This document shows positions 36,952 through 47,091 of a DNA stretch of 64,000 nt, piece after piece. The translations under genes were made by a program, and so were the position numbers. The notes beneath the pieces were generated by a model that was given only the letters and a program-made list of their open reading frames with translations, was not told the origin of the DNA and made no database searches. Source of the DNA: a virus (lineage: Duplodnaviria > Caudoviricetes); the IMG/VR virus record IMGVR_UViG_3300006851_000007, positions 1 to 64,000 of that record; one strand, 5' to 3'. The first letter of the stretch is position 1. Each line of letters begins with the position of its first letter.

Positions 36952-37808
36952 TAAAAGGTTTTATTAGACCTCAATACTTTGATGTTAAGTTTGGGAGGAA
37001 AAGGTGTGAATGGTTTGAAGAGGTGGTAAAAGCTAGCTCTAGGGATGAGGCAAGGGAGTTGGCCAGGTTTAGGGTCCAACAATCAAGCCTATCTCTCGTC
37101 ACAGTAGAGTCGGTGGAACCGCTGGGTGGAGAGGAGGTTAAGATTGCTTCCAGTAGTGTCCATATCCCAAATCTTGACTTGCCATGGTACGAGAACGAGA
37201 TCACCTTTTTTGATACTGAAACGACTGGTCTTAACCCAGAGACAGACCGAATAGTTGAGATCGGTTTTACAAGATACGACCGCGAGAAGAGAGCGTTCAT
37301 CGAATCTGAGTCGTATTTTATTAATGACGGAAAAGAGATACCTGCAGAGGCCACTAATATCCATGGTATAACGAATGAAATGATTGCAGACGCTCCGACT
37401 TTCGCGGAGGTGTTTGAGGAAGTATATCCGAAGTTAATTAGAGGGAGGCTGTTTATTGGATCTCACAACAGGGGTTTTGACATAGCCCACCTTCTGGCGT
37501 CTATGTTCAGGCACGATATAAGCGCCCACATCCCTCCAGTTCTATGCACCATGGAGATGGCTTTAAATAACAAGGATATAAGGACGAGAAACCACAGGCT
37601 GGAGACCTTGATTAATTATTTCAATCTGGATAATGTCAACTCTCACAGGGCTGGGGATGATGCACTATCTTCAGGTAGCGTATTTCTGGAGATGGCCCGT
37701 ATGAGCGGCTCTCCTTTTAGGAAAAAGGGGGCCACAGGACGAGATATCGTGGAGTATATCGATAGCTTTAGTTGGTCTGGTGATGAGCAGTCTAGAGGGG
37801 TTGTGTGA
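36939..37808 (+). CDS. dnaQ: DEDDh 3'-5' exonuclease (epsilon-like)
   Basis: FFDTETTG, HNRGFD, HRAGDDA. Confidence 0.9.
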   Translation: MDYLVKGFIRPQYFDVKFGRKRCEWFEEVVKASSRDEARELARFRVQQSSLSLVTVESVEPLGGEEVKIASSSVHIPNLDLPWYENEITFFDTETTGLNPETDRIVEIGFTRYDREKRAFIESESYFINDGKEIPAEATNIHGITNEMIADAPTFAEVFEEVYPKLIRGRLFIGSHNRGFDIAHLLASMFRHDISAHIPPVLCTMEMALNNKDIRTRNHRLETLINYFNLDNVNSHRAGDDALSSGSVFLEMARMSGSPFRKKGATGRDIVEYIDSFSWSGDEQSRGVV

Positions 37809-38434
37809 ATATAATAACATGGGACCTTGAAACTGGAGGACTATCCCCTGATAGTGATGATATTGTTGAGATAGGTATGGTTATATCAGACGGTTTCGAT
37901 ATAACCAAAAGGGCAGGATGTTTTGTAGTACCAACAAAGGATATCCCCTCTGAAGCGGTTCGTATCCACGGGATTACAACAAAGATGGCTACGGACGAGG
38001 GGTTTAAGTGGAGTCAGGCTGGACCAAGATTTGCTAAGAGGCTTCACGATGCAGATGTGTGGTGCGGTTTCAATCTTGACTTCGATATAATGTTCGCAAG
38101 ACATTGCCTGAGGAAGATAGGCATTGATCTTGAAGACAGGCCTGTGATAGACCTATTTAAGATTGTCCAAAGGTACGTTCCGGCAGCAGTCTTACCGAGG
38201 AAAAATCTCGGCAAGGTTGCAGAATTCCTGGACGTACCTCTGGATAATGCTCATAGGGCTGTTGACGACTCAGTTGCAACACTGTATTCATTGCAGTCCC
38301 TGCTTGGTAAGCTGGGGATAACTCTGGATGATATTTTGTCTGGAAGGAGGTATCTTGGACCCTTAAATTATGGATCAGACCCATTCGAGAGTTTCTTTAA
38401 CGGTTTAATCGGTGGCATTAGGATGCGAGGATAA
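37805..38434 (+). CDS. dnaQ: second DEDDh 3'-5' exonuclease (epsilon-like)
   Basis: WDLETGG, FNLDFD, HRAVDDS. Confidence 0.88.
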   Translation: MNIITWDLETGGLSPDSDDIVEIGMVISDGFDITKRAGCFVVPTKDIPSEAVRIHGITTKMATDEGFKWSQAGPRFAKRLHDADVWCGFNLDFDIMFARHCLRKIGIDLEDRPVIDLFKIVQRYVPAAVLPRKNLGKVAEFLDVPLDNAHRAVDDSVATLYSLQSLLGKLGITLDDILSGRRYLGPLNYGSDPFESFFNGLIGGIRMRG

Positions 38435-38435
38435 T

Positions 38436-38822
38436 ATGAACAAAGCTATTATTATGGGTAATCTTGGCCAGGATGTTGAGCTGAAATCTGTTGGCGATAC
38501 CCAAGTGGCCAATTTCAGCGTGGCGACGAATGAGAGGTGGGTAGGAAAAGACGGAAAGCCTCAAGAGAGAACAGAGTGGCACTCGATTGTTGTCTGGGGG
38601 AAACAGGCTGAAAACTGTGCAAAGTTTTTAAGCAAGGGAAGCAAGGTGCTGGTTGAAGGCAATATCCAGACTCGCACATGGGATGACGCTGGAAGCAAGA
38701 GGTATAGAACCGAAATCAGGGCTCAGAATGTCCAATTCATCTCTACAGATAGAGGAGGAGGTTCTGGCGGCAATAAGGGTGGCGGGGGGACAGAGTTCTC
38801 TGATGATGATATCCCCTTTTAA
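38436..38822 (+). CDS. ssb: single-stranded DNA-binding protein
   Basis: MNKAIIMGNLG..TEWH..DDDIPF tail. Confidence 0.97.
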   Translation: MNKAIIMGNLGQDVELKSVGDTQVANFSVATNERWVGKDGKPQERTEWHSIVVWGKQAENCAKFLSKGSKVLVEGNIQTRTWDDAGSKRYRTEIRAQNVQFISTDRGGGSGGNKGGGGTEFSDDDIPF

Positions 38823-38876
38823 CAAAAAATAAATTACTATGGTAAAATGCTCCCAGGATAAGAATGGGAGCTTACT

Positions 38877-39557
38877 GTGAAACTTAAAGCATCAGATAGG
38901 CCTCGTGCTGGCTTTATTTATGAGGACTCTACGGCGAGAAGCCTTAAAAGAAGAGGTCACAAAGTAAAGCAGATGCCGAGGAATGCTAAATACGATTTAA
39001 ATGTAAATGGAACTAAGGTGGAAGTTAAAGCCGCCGTAAAAACTAAATACAAAGGGTCGGACGGATACCCTATAGAGGGGTATGTTTTTAGTAATATGAA
39101 GAAGAACCCTAAGAATGATAAATATATTCTTAAGTGTCTGTCTCCAGACAGGAAAAGAACATTAAAAACCTATGAGATACCGTCAAGACTCGTTAAGCAG
39201 AAAACATTAACAATAACAGACAATGGAAAGTATGAGAAATTCAGAAAGTCTGCCTCACTCCGCAGGGCGGCCAGGAGGCTTAAATACGAGACCGTCGGTA
39301 GTCTAACTGGAGCTGCGCTTGCGATGGGTCCAGAGGGAATTGTGGAAGCGGGTAGGTCGTTTTTAGGCTTGCCGTACCGAGAGGAGTCTGTTAACTTCAG
39401 CCTTATCGTCCGAGGAGCAGTAGGGGCGACAATTGGAAGATATATTAGTTCTAATATTTTAAGGAGAAAGCAGCATGAAGAACGTCGTAGGGAAAATCAG
39501 CAGAGAAGAGGGATTAGAGCGGGATACGGTGCTCCGGGTCATCTCGGGGCTTTTTGA
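38877..39557 (+). CDS. PD-(D/E)xK-like domain fused via KSA motif to a Gly-rich hydrophobic segment
   Basis: E..YDLNVNGTKVEVK; FRKSAS; GAVGATIG. Confidence 0.55.
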   Translation: MKLKASDRPRAGFIYEDSTARSLKRRGHKVKQMPRNAKYDLNVNGTKVEVKAAVKTKYKGSDGYPIEGYVFSNMKKNPKNDKYILKCLSPDRKRTLKTYEIPSRLVKQKTLTITDNGKYEKFRKSASLRRAARRLKYETVGSLTGAALAMGPEGIVEAGRSFLGLPYREESVNFSLIVRGAVGATIGRYISSNILRRKQHEERRRENQQRRGIRAGYGAPGHLGAF

Positions 39558-39735
39558 AGCAATCGCCGATGCGGCCCATAAAGGAGAGGATTTCCGTGTG
39601 GGTAAATTTGGGCGATTCTCCCCGAGGGTCACTCCGGAGAAAGAGTACCGAAACCCCAGAACTGGAGAGATGGTGAGCGGCGGCGGCAATCTCAAGATTA
39701 GGTTCACCGCCTTTAAAGCTATGCTTGATCGCTAA
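39475..39735 (+). CDS. hup: HU/IHF-like DNA-binding protein
   Basis: FGRFS..RNPRTGE..IRFTAFK. Confidence 0.9.
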   Translation: MKNVVGKISREEGLERDTVLRVISGLFEAIADAAHKGEDFRVGKFGRFSPRVTPEKEYRNPRTGEMVSGGGNLKIRFTAFKAMLDR

Positions 39736-39773
39736 TAAAAACGGGGGCGCGAGCCCCCTTCGTAAGGATTAAC

Positions 39774-40550
39774 GTGAAGGAATATCTGGAGTTATTGGAA
39801 GATGTTCTAAACACCGGCGAAAAAAAAGAAGACCGGACCGGCACAGGTACTATAAGTAAATTTGGAGTGAGGGCAGAGTACGATCTGCAAAAAGGTTTTC
39901 CGGCGGTAACCACTAAATCTCTTTTTTTTAAGGGTGTCGTGGTGGAGCTCCTCTGGTTTCTAAGAGGGGACACAAATATTAAATTTCTAAAAGACAATAA
40001 TGTTAAAATTTGGGACGAATGGGCCGACCATAGAGGTAACCTTGGGCCTGTGTATGGACACCAATGGAGAAGTTGGGGCGATGACCAGATATATAAGGTC
40101 ATAAGGTCGATCAAAGAAAACCCCGACAGTAGAAGGCATATAGTTAGTGCCTGGAATGTGTCACAATTGCATCTCATGGCCTTACCTCCGTGCCACGTGA
40201 TGTTTCAGTTCTACGTCAGGGGAGGTGAATATCTTGACTGTCAAATGTACCAGAGAAGCGGAGACCTTTTTTTAGGAGTTCCGTTCAACGTCGCTTCGTA
40301 CAGTCTTTTAACCCACATGATTGCGTCTGTAACAGGCCTTACTCCAGGCCGATTTATCCACGTGATAGGAGATGCTCACATTTATAACAATCATATCGAC
40401 CAGGTAAAAACCCAGCTAGGAAGAAGCCCTATGGGTTTGCCAGAATTGCGCATGACTCACAGGGAGCATATAGATGAATTTACTGTTGATGATTTTTCTC
40501 TAATTGGTTACAAGCATCATCCCGCCATCAAGGCGCCAATTGCTGTATAA
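39774..40550 (+). CDS. thyA: thymidylate synthase
   Basis: [31 protein letters not shown]. Confidence 0.98.
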   Translation: MKEYLELLEDVLNTGEKKEDRTGTGTISKFGVRAEYDLQKGFPAVTTKSLFFKGVVVELLWFLRGDTNIKFLKDNNVKIWDEWADHRGNLGPVYGHQWRSWGDDQIYKVIRSIKENPDSRRHIVSAWNVSQLHLMALPPCHVMFQFYVRGGEYLDCQMYQRSGDLFLGVPFNVASYSLLTHMIASVTGLTPGRFIHVIGDAHIYNNHIDQVKTQLGRSPMGLPELRMTHREHIDEFTVDDFSLIGYKHHPAIKAPIAV

Positions 40551-40559
40551 GGAGCTAAA

Positions 40560-41021
40560 ATGTCTTATTCGATTATTGTGGCAAAGTCAGAAAATGGGGT
40601 AATTGGTAAAGACAACACCTTACCGTGGCACATCCCTGTGGACCTGTTGAGGTTTAAGGAAATTACGTCAGGTAAGACTGTTATCATGGGCAGAAAAACT
40701 TATGAGTCTATTGGACAACCCCTACCCGGCAGGAGGAATGTTGTTATAAGTAAGACTATGGGTGACACTGAAGGGGTAGAGGTTGTGCGCTCATTCGAGG
40801 AGGCTGTAAATCTCACAAAGGGGGAAAAAGAGGTATTTTTGTGTGGTGGGGAAGATGTGTACAGAAGAGGTCTTGATGTTTCCAATAAGATTTATATGAC
40901 CACTGTCGATGGTGAGTTTGACGGAGATAGGAAATTCCCAGATATTAATCCACATGACTGGAACGTTACCTATTGGGAGAACCAGGCTGATCATAGCTTC
41001 TTTATTCTCGAAAGGGTGTGA
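40560..41021 (+). CDS. folA: dihydrofolate reductase
   Basis: VIGKDNTLPW, IMGRKTYESI, PLPGRRNVVIS, GG. Confidence 0.96.
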   Translation: MSYSIIVAKSENGVIGKDNTLPWHIPVDLLRFKEITSGKTVIMGRKTYESIGQPLPGRRNVVISKTMGDTEGVEVVRSFEEAVNLTKGEKEVFLCGGEDVYRRGLDVSNKIYMTTVDGEFDGDRKFPDINPHDWNVTYWENQADHSFFILERV

Positions 41022-41022
41022 C

Positions 41023-41478
41023 ATGTATATCGGAATTGTAGGAAAGTCAGGTGTAGGCAAAACGACTGCTGCCAGGTTTATCGAGGATATGTATGAGGTC
41101 ACCAGGGCTGTATTCTCCGACTTAATGTCGGACACACACCCTGCGACCATCAGTCTTACCTCTGGTTTTACTCGCTCAGATTGCGCACCCGGATATATAA
41201 AAGTTGATGAGGGCATCTGGGTTGACGGTGCGACCCATAATCTTTTCAAGGTTGCTGGAGGGGTTGTGATAGATGGCTGCAGGTCTGACAGAGAGGTTGA
41301 ATACATCAAGAAAATGGGGGGCGTCGTAATAGGTATTACAAGGCCGGGGGTATCAACATATGATTGCAGTATCCCAACCCCCGCTGGGTGTGAGCTAAAT
41401 CATGACATTCTTAACTTTGGGACAAAAGAAGACCTGTATCTTGCGATTGAAGGGATAGTAGATGAGCATTATGGATGA
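41023..41478 (+). CDS. deoxynucleoside monophosphate kinase-like P-loop protein
   Basis: GIVGKSGVGKTT, VIDGCRSDRE, NFGTKEDL. Confidence 0.7.
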   Translation: MYIGIVGKSGVGKTTAARFIEDMYEVTRAVFSDLMSDTHPATISLTSGFTRSDCAPGYIKVDEGIWVDGATHNLFKVAGGVVIDGCRSDREVEYIKKMGGVVIGITRPGVSTYDCSIPTPAGCELNHDILNFGTKEDLYLAIEGIVDEHYG

Positions 41479-42019
41479 GGTAAAAAAGGAGGGTGTAGTG
41501 ATTGCCAGAAAGGGGGACTGGCAGGTATGGTGGCACTATATTGTTCCTGTATTCTGGGCTATTGCAGGACTTTTATTCCCTCGGGAGAAAAAGAATTTCG
41601 AGGAAAGGGCTATTATTAATCTTGGTAAACATATTTATTTTAATGACCCAGACCATGTGAATGCTAACCTACCAAGATACAGGCCAACATTCGTGCATGA
41701 GTTGGTACATATCAAGGACAACAAGAGGAGGCCACTGTTTTACAAGATTACATACGTGTTGTCTAAAAAATGGAGGTGCTACTGGGAGTTTAGAGCCTAT
41801 AGCCAAGAGATGGTCTTTCGCTATAAGGACGGAGAGATACCTCCAGATTATATTGATTTCCTGGTCGAGGTTTTTAGAGATAGTTTTTATTTTAAAATGC
41901 ACGACAATATCAGGCCGGCATTTGAAAGGGTGGCCGATCTTGCCAGTAATGGTAAAATATCTCTTTTCGAGTTCCCCGAAGAGTTTGAAGTAATTGCAAA
42001 AGAGGAAATATTCTCATGA
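41462..42019 (+). CDS. putative zinc metallopeptidase
   Basis: HELVH..EFRAY; N-terminal hydrophobic segment. Confidence 0.65.
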   Translation: MSIMDEVKKEGVVIARKGDWQVWWHYIVPVFWAIAGLLFPREKKNFEERAIINLGKHIYFNDPDHVNANLPRYRPTFVHELVHIKDNKRRPLFYKITYVLSKKWRCYWEFRAYSQEMVFRYKDGEIPPDYIDFLVEVFRDSFYFKMHDNIRPAFERVADLASNGKISLFEFPEEFEVIAKEEIFS

Positions 42020-43977
42020 TGTCCGCAGTCTCCGAAATTAGAAAGTTTAAGCTATCACCTGTTTTTTTATCCCAATATGCAACCAGGGAGGTTGACTGGG
42101 GCTTTGGTGACTTTTCATACGTTGTTTACAAGAGGACTTATGCGAGAAGGGTCGAGGGTGAGGATAGGACGGAGGAGTGGTGGGAGACCTGCCGGAGAGT
42201 CATAGAGGGTATGTTCACAACCCAGAAGGCTCATTGTCACCAGTTAAGATTACCGTGGTGTAATCGTAAGGCCCAGAGGTCTGCTCAGGAGGCCTACGAC
42301 AGGATGTTTAACTTCAAGTGGACGCCATCAGGTAGAGGTCTATGGATGATGGGCACCGATTTTGTTTGGGAGAGATCGGGTGCCGGTCTGAACAATTGTG
42401 CGTTCGTCACCACGGAAAACATTACCGGGGGGTACTCATCTCCATTTACATGGATGTTTGAGATGAGCATGCTAGGAGTGGGCGTCGGGTACGACACAAA
42501 GGGTGCGGGAACTATAGAGATTGCAGAACCTAGAAGAACTGATGAGGTTCATTATGTGGAAGATTCTAGAGAAGGGTGGGCAGAATCTTTAAGAATTCTC
42601 CTCGATGCTTTTGTGGGCAAGGGGGCGATCCCAGTGTGGGATTTTAGTCTAGTTAGAGAGAGAGGAGCAAAAATAAAAGGGTTTGGTGGTGTGGCTTCTG
42701 GCCCAGCACCTTTAAAAGAGATGCTCAAAAGGGTGGATGAAATTCACATGAACAGTGTAGGAGAAAAGATTAGCTCCACCCTTATATCAGACACAATGAA
42801 CCTTATCGCAAAGTGTGTGGTGTCTGGAGGGGTGAGGCGTAGCGCGCTTATCGCTCTTGGAGATAAGGATGATGAGGAGTTTGCAAACCTTAAGGCTGAC
42901 CATGAAAAATTAATGGACTACAGGTGGGCGTCAAATAACTCTATCTTCGCCTCCATAGGCATGGACTATAGCTATCATGCACCCCTGGCCGCAAGAAACG
43001 GGGAGCCGAATTTTGTCTTTATGGAAAATGTGCACCGGTTTGGCAGGACTGGTGACCCTGAAGATAACCGTGATGCTGGAGCAATGGGCTTTAACCCATG
43101 TGCGGAACAACCTCTGTGGGATAAGGAGTTGTGCAACCTTGTAGAAACATATCCAGCCAGACACGACTCGGTGGAGGATTACCTTAGGACTCTTAAGTTT
43201 GCATATCTTTACGGCAAAACCGTGTCTCTTATTCCAACACACTCGCCAGAAACCAATGCGATTATGATGCGCAATCGGCGTATTGGGTTGTCGATGAGCG
43301 GTGTTGTACAAAACATTGAGAAGGTCGGATTAAGAAACCACCTCGAGATGTGTGATGTCGGATATAAGTACGTCAAAGAGTTGGATAAGACCTATAGCGA
43401 CTGGCTGTGTGTCCCCAGGAGCATAAGAATGACTACCGTAAAACCCAGCGGTACAGTGTCTCTTTTGCCGGGAGCCACCCCTGGAATCCACCACCCAATC
43501 TCCGAGTTCTATATAAGGAGAATGCGTATAGCAAACACCTCCGATCTCTGGGGTAAACTAAAAGATGCTGGATATCATGTGGAGGATTGTGTTAACGCTC
43601 CAGATACAAAGGTTGTGGAATTTCCCATTAGGGTCGAGAATTTTGGGAGGGCAGAAACGGATGTATCTATGTGGGAGCAGGTTAATCTTGTCTCTCTCAT
43701 GCAACAATACTGGAGTGATAACTCGGTTAGCTGCACAGTGAAGATCACAAAAGAGGAGGGTGAGGAGCTGGATAGGGTGATTGAGGCATACGAAGACAGG
43801 CTCAAGAGTATCTCATTTCTCCCTCACAGCGACCACGGATATGAGCAGGCTCCGTATGAACCTATCACGCAGGAAGAATACGAAAGCCTCCGCAAAAACA
43901 TATCTCCGATCAATATAGGTGACGCAAAGCACGAGGTAACCGAGAAGTTCTGCGACGGGGATACGTGCATGGTTTAA
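42016..43977 (+). CDS. nrdJ: class II (AdoCbl) ribonucleotide reductase, monomeric type
   Basis: RTYAR, PSGRGLW, NNCAF, NPCAEQ, TTVKPSGT, C-terminal CDGDTC. Confidence 0.95.
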   Translation: MMSAVSEIRKFKLSPVFLSQYATREVDWGFGDFSYVVYKRTYARRVEGEDRTEEWWETCRRVIEGMFTTQKAHCHQLRLPWCNRKAQRSAQEAYDRMFNFKWTPSGRGLWMMGTDFVWERSGAGLNNCAFVTTENITGGYSSPFTWMFEMSMLGVGVGYDTKGAGTIEIAEPRRTDEVHYVEDSREGWAESLRILLDAFVGKGAIPVWDFSLVRERGAKIKGFGGVASGPAPLKEMLKRVDEIHMNSVGEKISSTLISDTMNLIAKCVVSGGVRRSALIALGDKDDEEFANLKADHEKLMDYRWASNNSIFASIGMDYSYHAPLAARNGEPNFVFMENVHRFGRTGDPEDNRDAGAMGFNPCAEQPLWDKELCNLVETYPARHDSVEDYLRTLKFAYLYGKTVSLIPTHSPETNAIMMRNRRIGLSMSGVVQNIEKVGLRNHLEMCDVGYKYVKELDKTYSDWLCVPRSIRMTTVKPSGTVSLLPGATPGIHHPISEFYIRRMRIANTSDLWGKLKDAGYHVEDCVNAPDTKVVEFPIRVENFGRAETDVSMWEQVNLVSLMQQYWSDNSVSCTVKITKEEGEELDRVIEAYEDRLKSISFLPHSDHGYEQAPYEPITQEEYESLRKNISPINIGDAKHEVTEKFCDGDTCMV

Positions 43978-43996
43978 TAAAACCTAGATAGCGAGT

Positions 43997-44027
43997 AAAA
44001 AAAAGACCCCACCGAAGTGGGGTCTCT
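43997..44027 (-). terminator. terminator between convergent genes
   Basis: AAAAAAAA-GACCCCAC-CGAA-GTGGGGTC. Confidence 0.75.
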
Positions 44028-44035
44028 TGGGCACA

Positions 44036-44308
44036 TCAAGAGTAACCCTCGATGTACCCTCGGATGAGAGCTAGTTTGGTTAACCGGCTTTCGATCATCT
44101 GGTTATCTACATCCCCCCTCTTGAAGAGGGGGGTTTTTCCACTCTCTCGGTCTTCTCGACCTCTCTGCTTTCCCTTCTCATACGCCCGGAGAATCTCCGG
44201 GCGTACGCGGTTTTGCAGGTAGTCCTGCAACGCCTCCCCGTACTTATCGTCGTATAAAACCGACAGGAAGAACAATCTTTTAACCTGTTTCTCGAAGCTT
44301 ACGCTCAT
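44036..44308 (-). CDS. hypothetical protein (90 aa)
   Basis: AAGGAGAG RBS before ATG 44308; preceded by the repeated promoter-hairpin cassette. Confidence 0.7.
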   Translation of the reverse strand: MSVSFEKQVKRLFFLSVLYDDKYGEALQDYLQNRVRPEILRAYEKGKQRGREDRESGKTPLFKRGDVDNQMIESRLTKLALIRGYIEGYS

Positions 44309-44370
44309 ATCTCTCTCCTTCATATATATGGAGTAACCCACTGTTACTCCTTCATATATATTATTACGTA
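44309..44370 (-). promoter_or_regulatory. second copy of promoter + leader hairpin + RBS cassette
   Basis: minus strand ATAATATATATGAA-GGAGTAAC-AGTGG-GTTACTCC..AAGGAGAGAG. Confidence 0.7.
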
Positions 44371-44487
44371 AACAGGCTCTATAATTTAGCATTTTGATCG
44401 ACACATAAACCATCCTTACTTTTGTCATGATGGTTAAATGTGGTATTATTTGGTTGAACTATTGGTAAAATCAGGTATGGTGCTAGC

Positions 44488-44658
44488 ATGGAAAAGTATG
44501 GAGTAATGACTGACCCTGAAATCAAAACCGCTTCTGGTAGGATGCACTGCCCTGAATGTGGGGCGGTAGCGGAAGATCATGGCGTATTAATTTGCCCAAA
44601 TCATGGATCGGAGCCATTTGAGTATGATAAATGTGACGCCAAGGAAGTACAAGATTAA
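44488..44658 (+). CDS. small Zn-ribbon protein with KTAS motif (56 aa, not in ORF track)
   Basis: MEKYGV..IKTASG..CPECG..CPNHGSEPFE. Confidence 0.7.
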   Translation: MEKYGVMTDPEIKTASGRMHCPECGAVAEDHGVLICPNHGSEPFEYDKCDAKEVQD

Positions 44659-44959
44659 TAGAGTTTATGTGTCCTCTGAAGGTCTGTTTGACAACGATAA
44701 GGAGAGGGTGTTTTTTTTAGGTGTATTTACAAGAAATGTCACAGAAGAGGACATTAGAAACAGTCTTACAGAATTTGGCCTATGGTCGATGGTTTTAACT
44801 CCTAACTTTTTCGCCCAGGGTAAGAGTACTATAAGTATGATACCAGGATTTATAACCGAGGGTCCTATTTTTGAAAACGCGATAGAGTTCGCAATCAATC
44901 TCAAGGGCGGCACAACATACCAGGATATTTGCAGAGGAAGCGATTATGTGGAAATTTGA
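44624..44959 (+). CDS. hypothetical protein
   Basis: ORF in morphogenesis operon. Confidence 0.55.
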   Translation: MINVTPRKYKINRVYVSSEGLFDNDKERVFFLGVFTRNVTEEDIRNSLTEFGLWSMVLTPNFFAQGKSTISMIPGFITEGPIFENAIEFAINLKGGTTYQDICRGSDYVEI

Positions 44960-45968
44960 AAAAAGGGCTGGACTAATTTTAGATCAACAAGATGATCCTG
45001 GGTTTGGGTGGGATAAGATAGCCTCATTTTGGCCCGATGATATGGATAGGCCTGACATCGGAATCGACCTGTCTGAAGCCAACTGTATCGCAGAGCTCTC
45101 TGATGGTCATACAAAATTGGCAAAATACCCAACCGACTCCCCGGAGAATACCTTAGCCAGCTCTATGTACTTTCTGATGTATGGGATCGACTCCATAGAA
45201 AAGAGAGCACATAAGCATATTGCCCAGGGTCTCAAGAATGCGCGAGTGGCGTGGGATGTAAGCATTCCGGATGGCTTTGTGGATTATGTTAGGAGCACCT
45301 CATTTGAGAAAGAGGCCTCTGTTGAAGATGATGTTTTTGCTGACTCTGAAGGCAACCTTCCCGTAACAACTGAGAATCAATGTAGGAGAAGCATTGATGT
45401 GTTTGAGAAGCACGCTAGCAGGTGGAATGCGTCAGAGAGAATGATTATCGGGAGAAGTCTCCAGGAGGCTGCAGATTATCACGGCCTTGGTATAAATGTC
45501 AGGTACGCTGGCATGGAAATGTCGAAAAATGCGTCCGGGGCGATAAACGTAAGAGAGAGGGTTATGAAGAACATGTATGATCATCCGGGCAGGGTGCAGT
45601 ACTTGTCCAGCCTTGATGAGTTCAGAACCCGTCTCGCTAACCTGGAAGATTACAATGATTTAGTCGCAGCAGCTAATGAGCTCGAGCATCTCGATAAGGA
45701 GGCTGGCATGGATATTGGCTGGGGGGATTTCTTTCCAGATCCTGTGGAATCTCTGCTGGAGGGGGTTTCCGAAGACCTGTTCCCAGATCTGACAAAACAT
45801 GCCGAGCGTGATTACGATGCGATAGACTGGAGCGGGCTGGCAAACTACTTTGATGAAGACATCGCCAACCAGATCGCAGCCGACCCTCAGGGCGTTATCC
45901 CGACACTTCCAACTCCCCAAAGAAACATAGTCGAGGACTATATTAATGAGAGAATTCGATCCAAGTAG
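44946..45968 (+). CDS. putative virion/head protein with multiple KxA motifs
   Basis: 340 aa; FEKRAG, FEKEAS, FEKHAS, MSKNAS, LDKEAG, LTKHAE. Confidence 0.65.
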   Translation: MWKFEKRAGLILDQQDDPGFGWDKIASFWPDDMDRPDIGIDLSEANCIAELSDGHTKLAKYPTDSPENTLASSMYFLMYGIDSIEKRAHKHIAQGLKNARVAWDVSIPDGFVDYVRSTSFEKEASVEDDVFADSEGNLPVTTENQCRRSIDVFEKHASRWNASERMIIGRSLQEAADYHGLGINVRYAGMEMSKNASGAINVRERVMKNMYDHPGRVQYLSSLDEFRTRLANLEDYNDLVAAANELEHLDKEAGMDIGWGDFFPDPVESLLEGVSEDLFPDLTKHAERDYDAIDWSGLANYFDEDIANQIAADPQGVIPTLPTPQRNIVEDYINERIRSK

Positions 45969-47091
45969 AGCGCAAATCGGTGCCATAGCCTACCTCAGTG
46001 GAAAAGAGGGGGTTGTCGACCCTTCTTTATTCTCCAACAGTAAGAGGAATCATGTTGTAAATGATGGTTCCTACGCCGACCATCATGTGGCATCATACGA
46101 GCACGACGATGAGGATTATACTCTATCTAAGGAAGCTCGGAGTTTGCCCCCGAGATCGCATGTAGAACAGCCGGACTTTAGCGGGTTTGACGGCGATGAT
46201 TCTATAGAGAGTGGGCCGTCCATCAAAGAGGTTCCTGTTGGTCTTAATCAGAGGTCCTTTGATGGTAAGGACGATATGTCCCTGAAGGAGTTTGTTCGCG
46301 CAAGATTGTCTTCTCTCAGAGCTGAGGTGCAGAATAAGGAGAAGGCTTTCCTGGCAAGACAGATTGATAACCAGAAAAGTAGGTATGAACAAAGCCTCAC
46401 CATTCCCACCGACACGTCAATAGATAGAAATTTAATATTGCAGGAAAACCCCAGCGTATTTAAAAGTGCTGAGAACGCTCTTGCGATACTGGCTGATGAT
46501 GACGCCAACCCTGTCGTGATAATGCTCATTCTAAGTCGTAGCTGGGGAGACGAGTGGTATGACTGGGAGATAGAAACAATCATACAGACTGCAAGGATGG
46601 ATGCGGGGGTGGAGATAAGTAGGCTAAACCAAGATAAGGTAATGGCTTTAAAGGTTCTGAAAAATACTGACAGGTTTTTTAAAGACCCGAGAGTTTTTGA
46701 GAAGGTGTGTACAGCGCTATCTGGCAAACAGGTTGATTGGGGTCATATACAAGAGCCCTGCACTCATGAAATAGCCGCATGTGTTGGTCTGGTTGAAAGG
46801 TATATCAAGGAGGATAGCTTCTCTGACGATGTGGCCGCGTATGTGGCCGCTGCTGCCGTGAGGGATGGCTTCATCTTGCTGCCTTCTGTTTTAAGTTTTG
46901 CAGAGTATCCTTTCTCAAGCCAGCTTGCATCAAATATTGGCGATGAAGCTATAGATAAGCAACAGAGACTCATGGACGCTCTAGAGGGGGATGATCCCGA
47001 AGGGTTGACCCCCGACGATGTCGTGCAGTATATGAGACTATTGAGATGCCAATACCACATGCAAGAAATGATTGATGAGGTGCGTTCATGA
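45946..47091 (+). CDS. putative virion protein
   Basis: 381 aa upstream of portal; LSKEAR, VFKSAE. Confidence 0.65.
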   Translation: MREFDPSRAQIGAIAYLSGKEGVVDPSLFSNSKRNHVVNDGSYADHHVASYEHDDEDYTLSKEARSLPPRSHVEQPDFSGFDGDDSIESGPSIKEVPVGLNQRSFDGKDDMSLKEFVRARLSSLRAEVQNKEKAFLARQIDNQKSRYEQSLTIPTDTSIDRNLILQENPSVFKSAENALAILADDDANPVVIMLILSRSWGDEWYDWEIETIIQTARMDAGVEISRLNQDKVMALKVLKNTDRFFKDPRVFEKVCTALSGKQVDWGHIQEPCTHEIAACVGLVERYIKEDSFSDDVAAYVAAAAVRDGFILLPSVLSFAEYPFSSQLASNIGDEAIDKQQRLMDALEGDDPEGLTPDDVVQYMRLLRCQYHMQEMIDEVRS

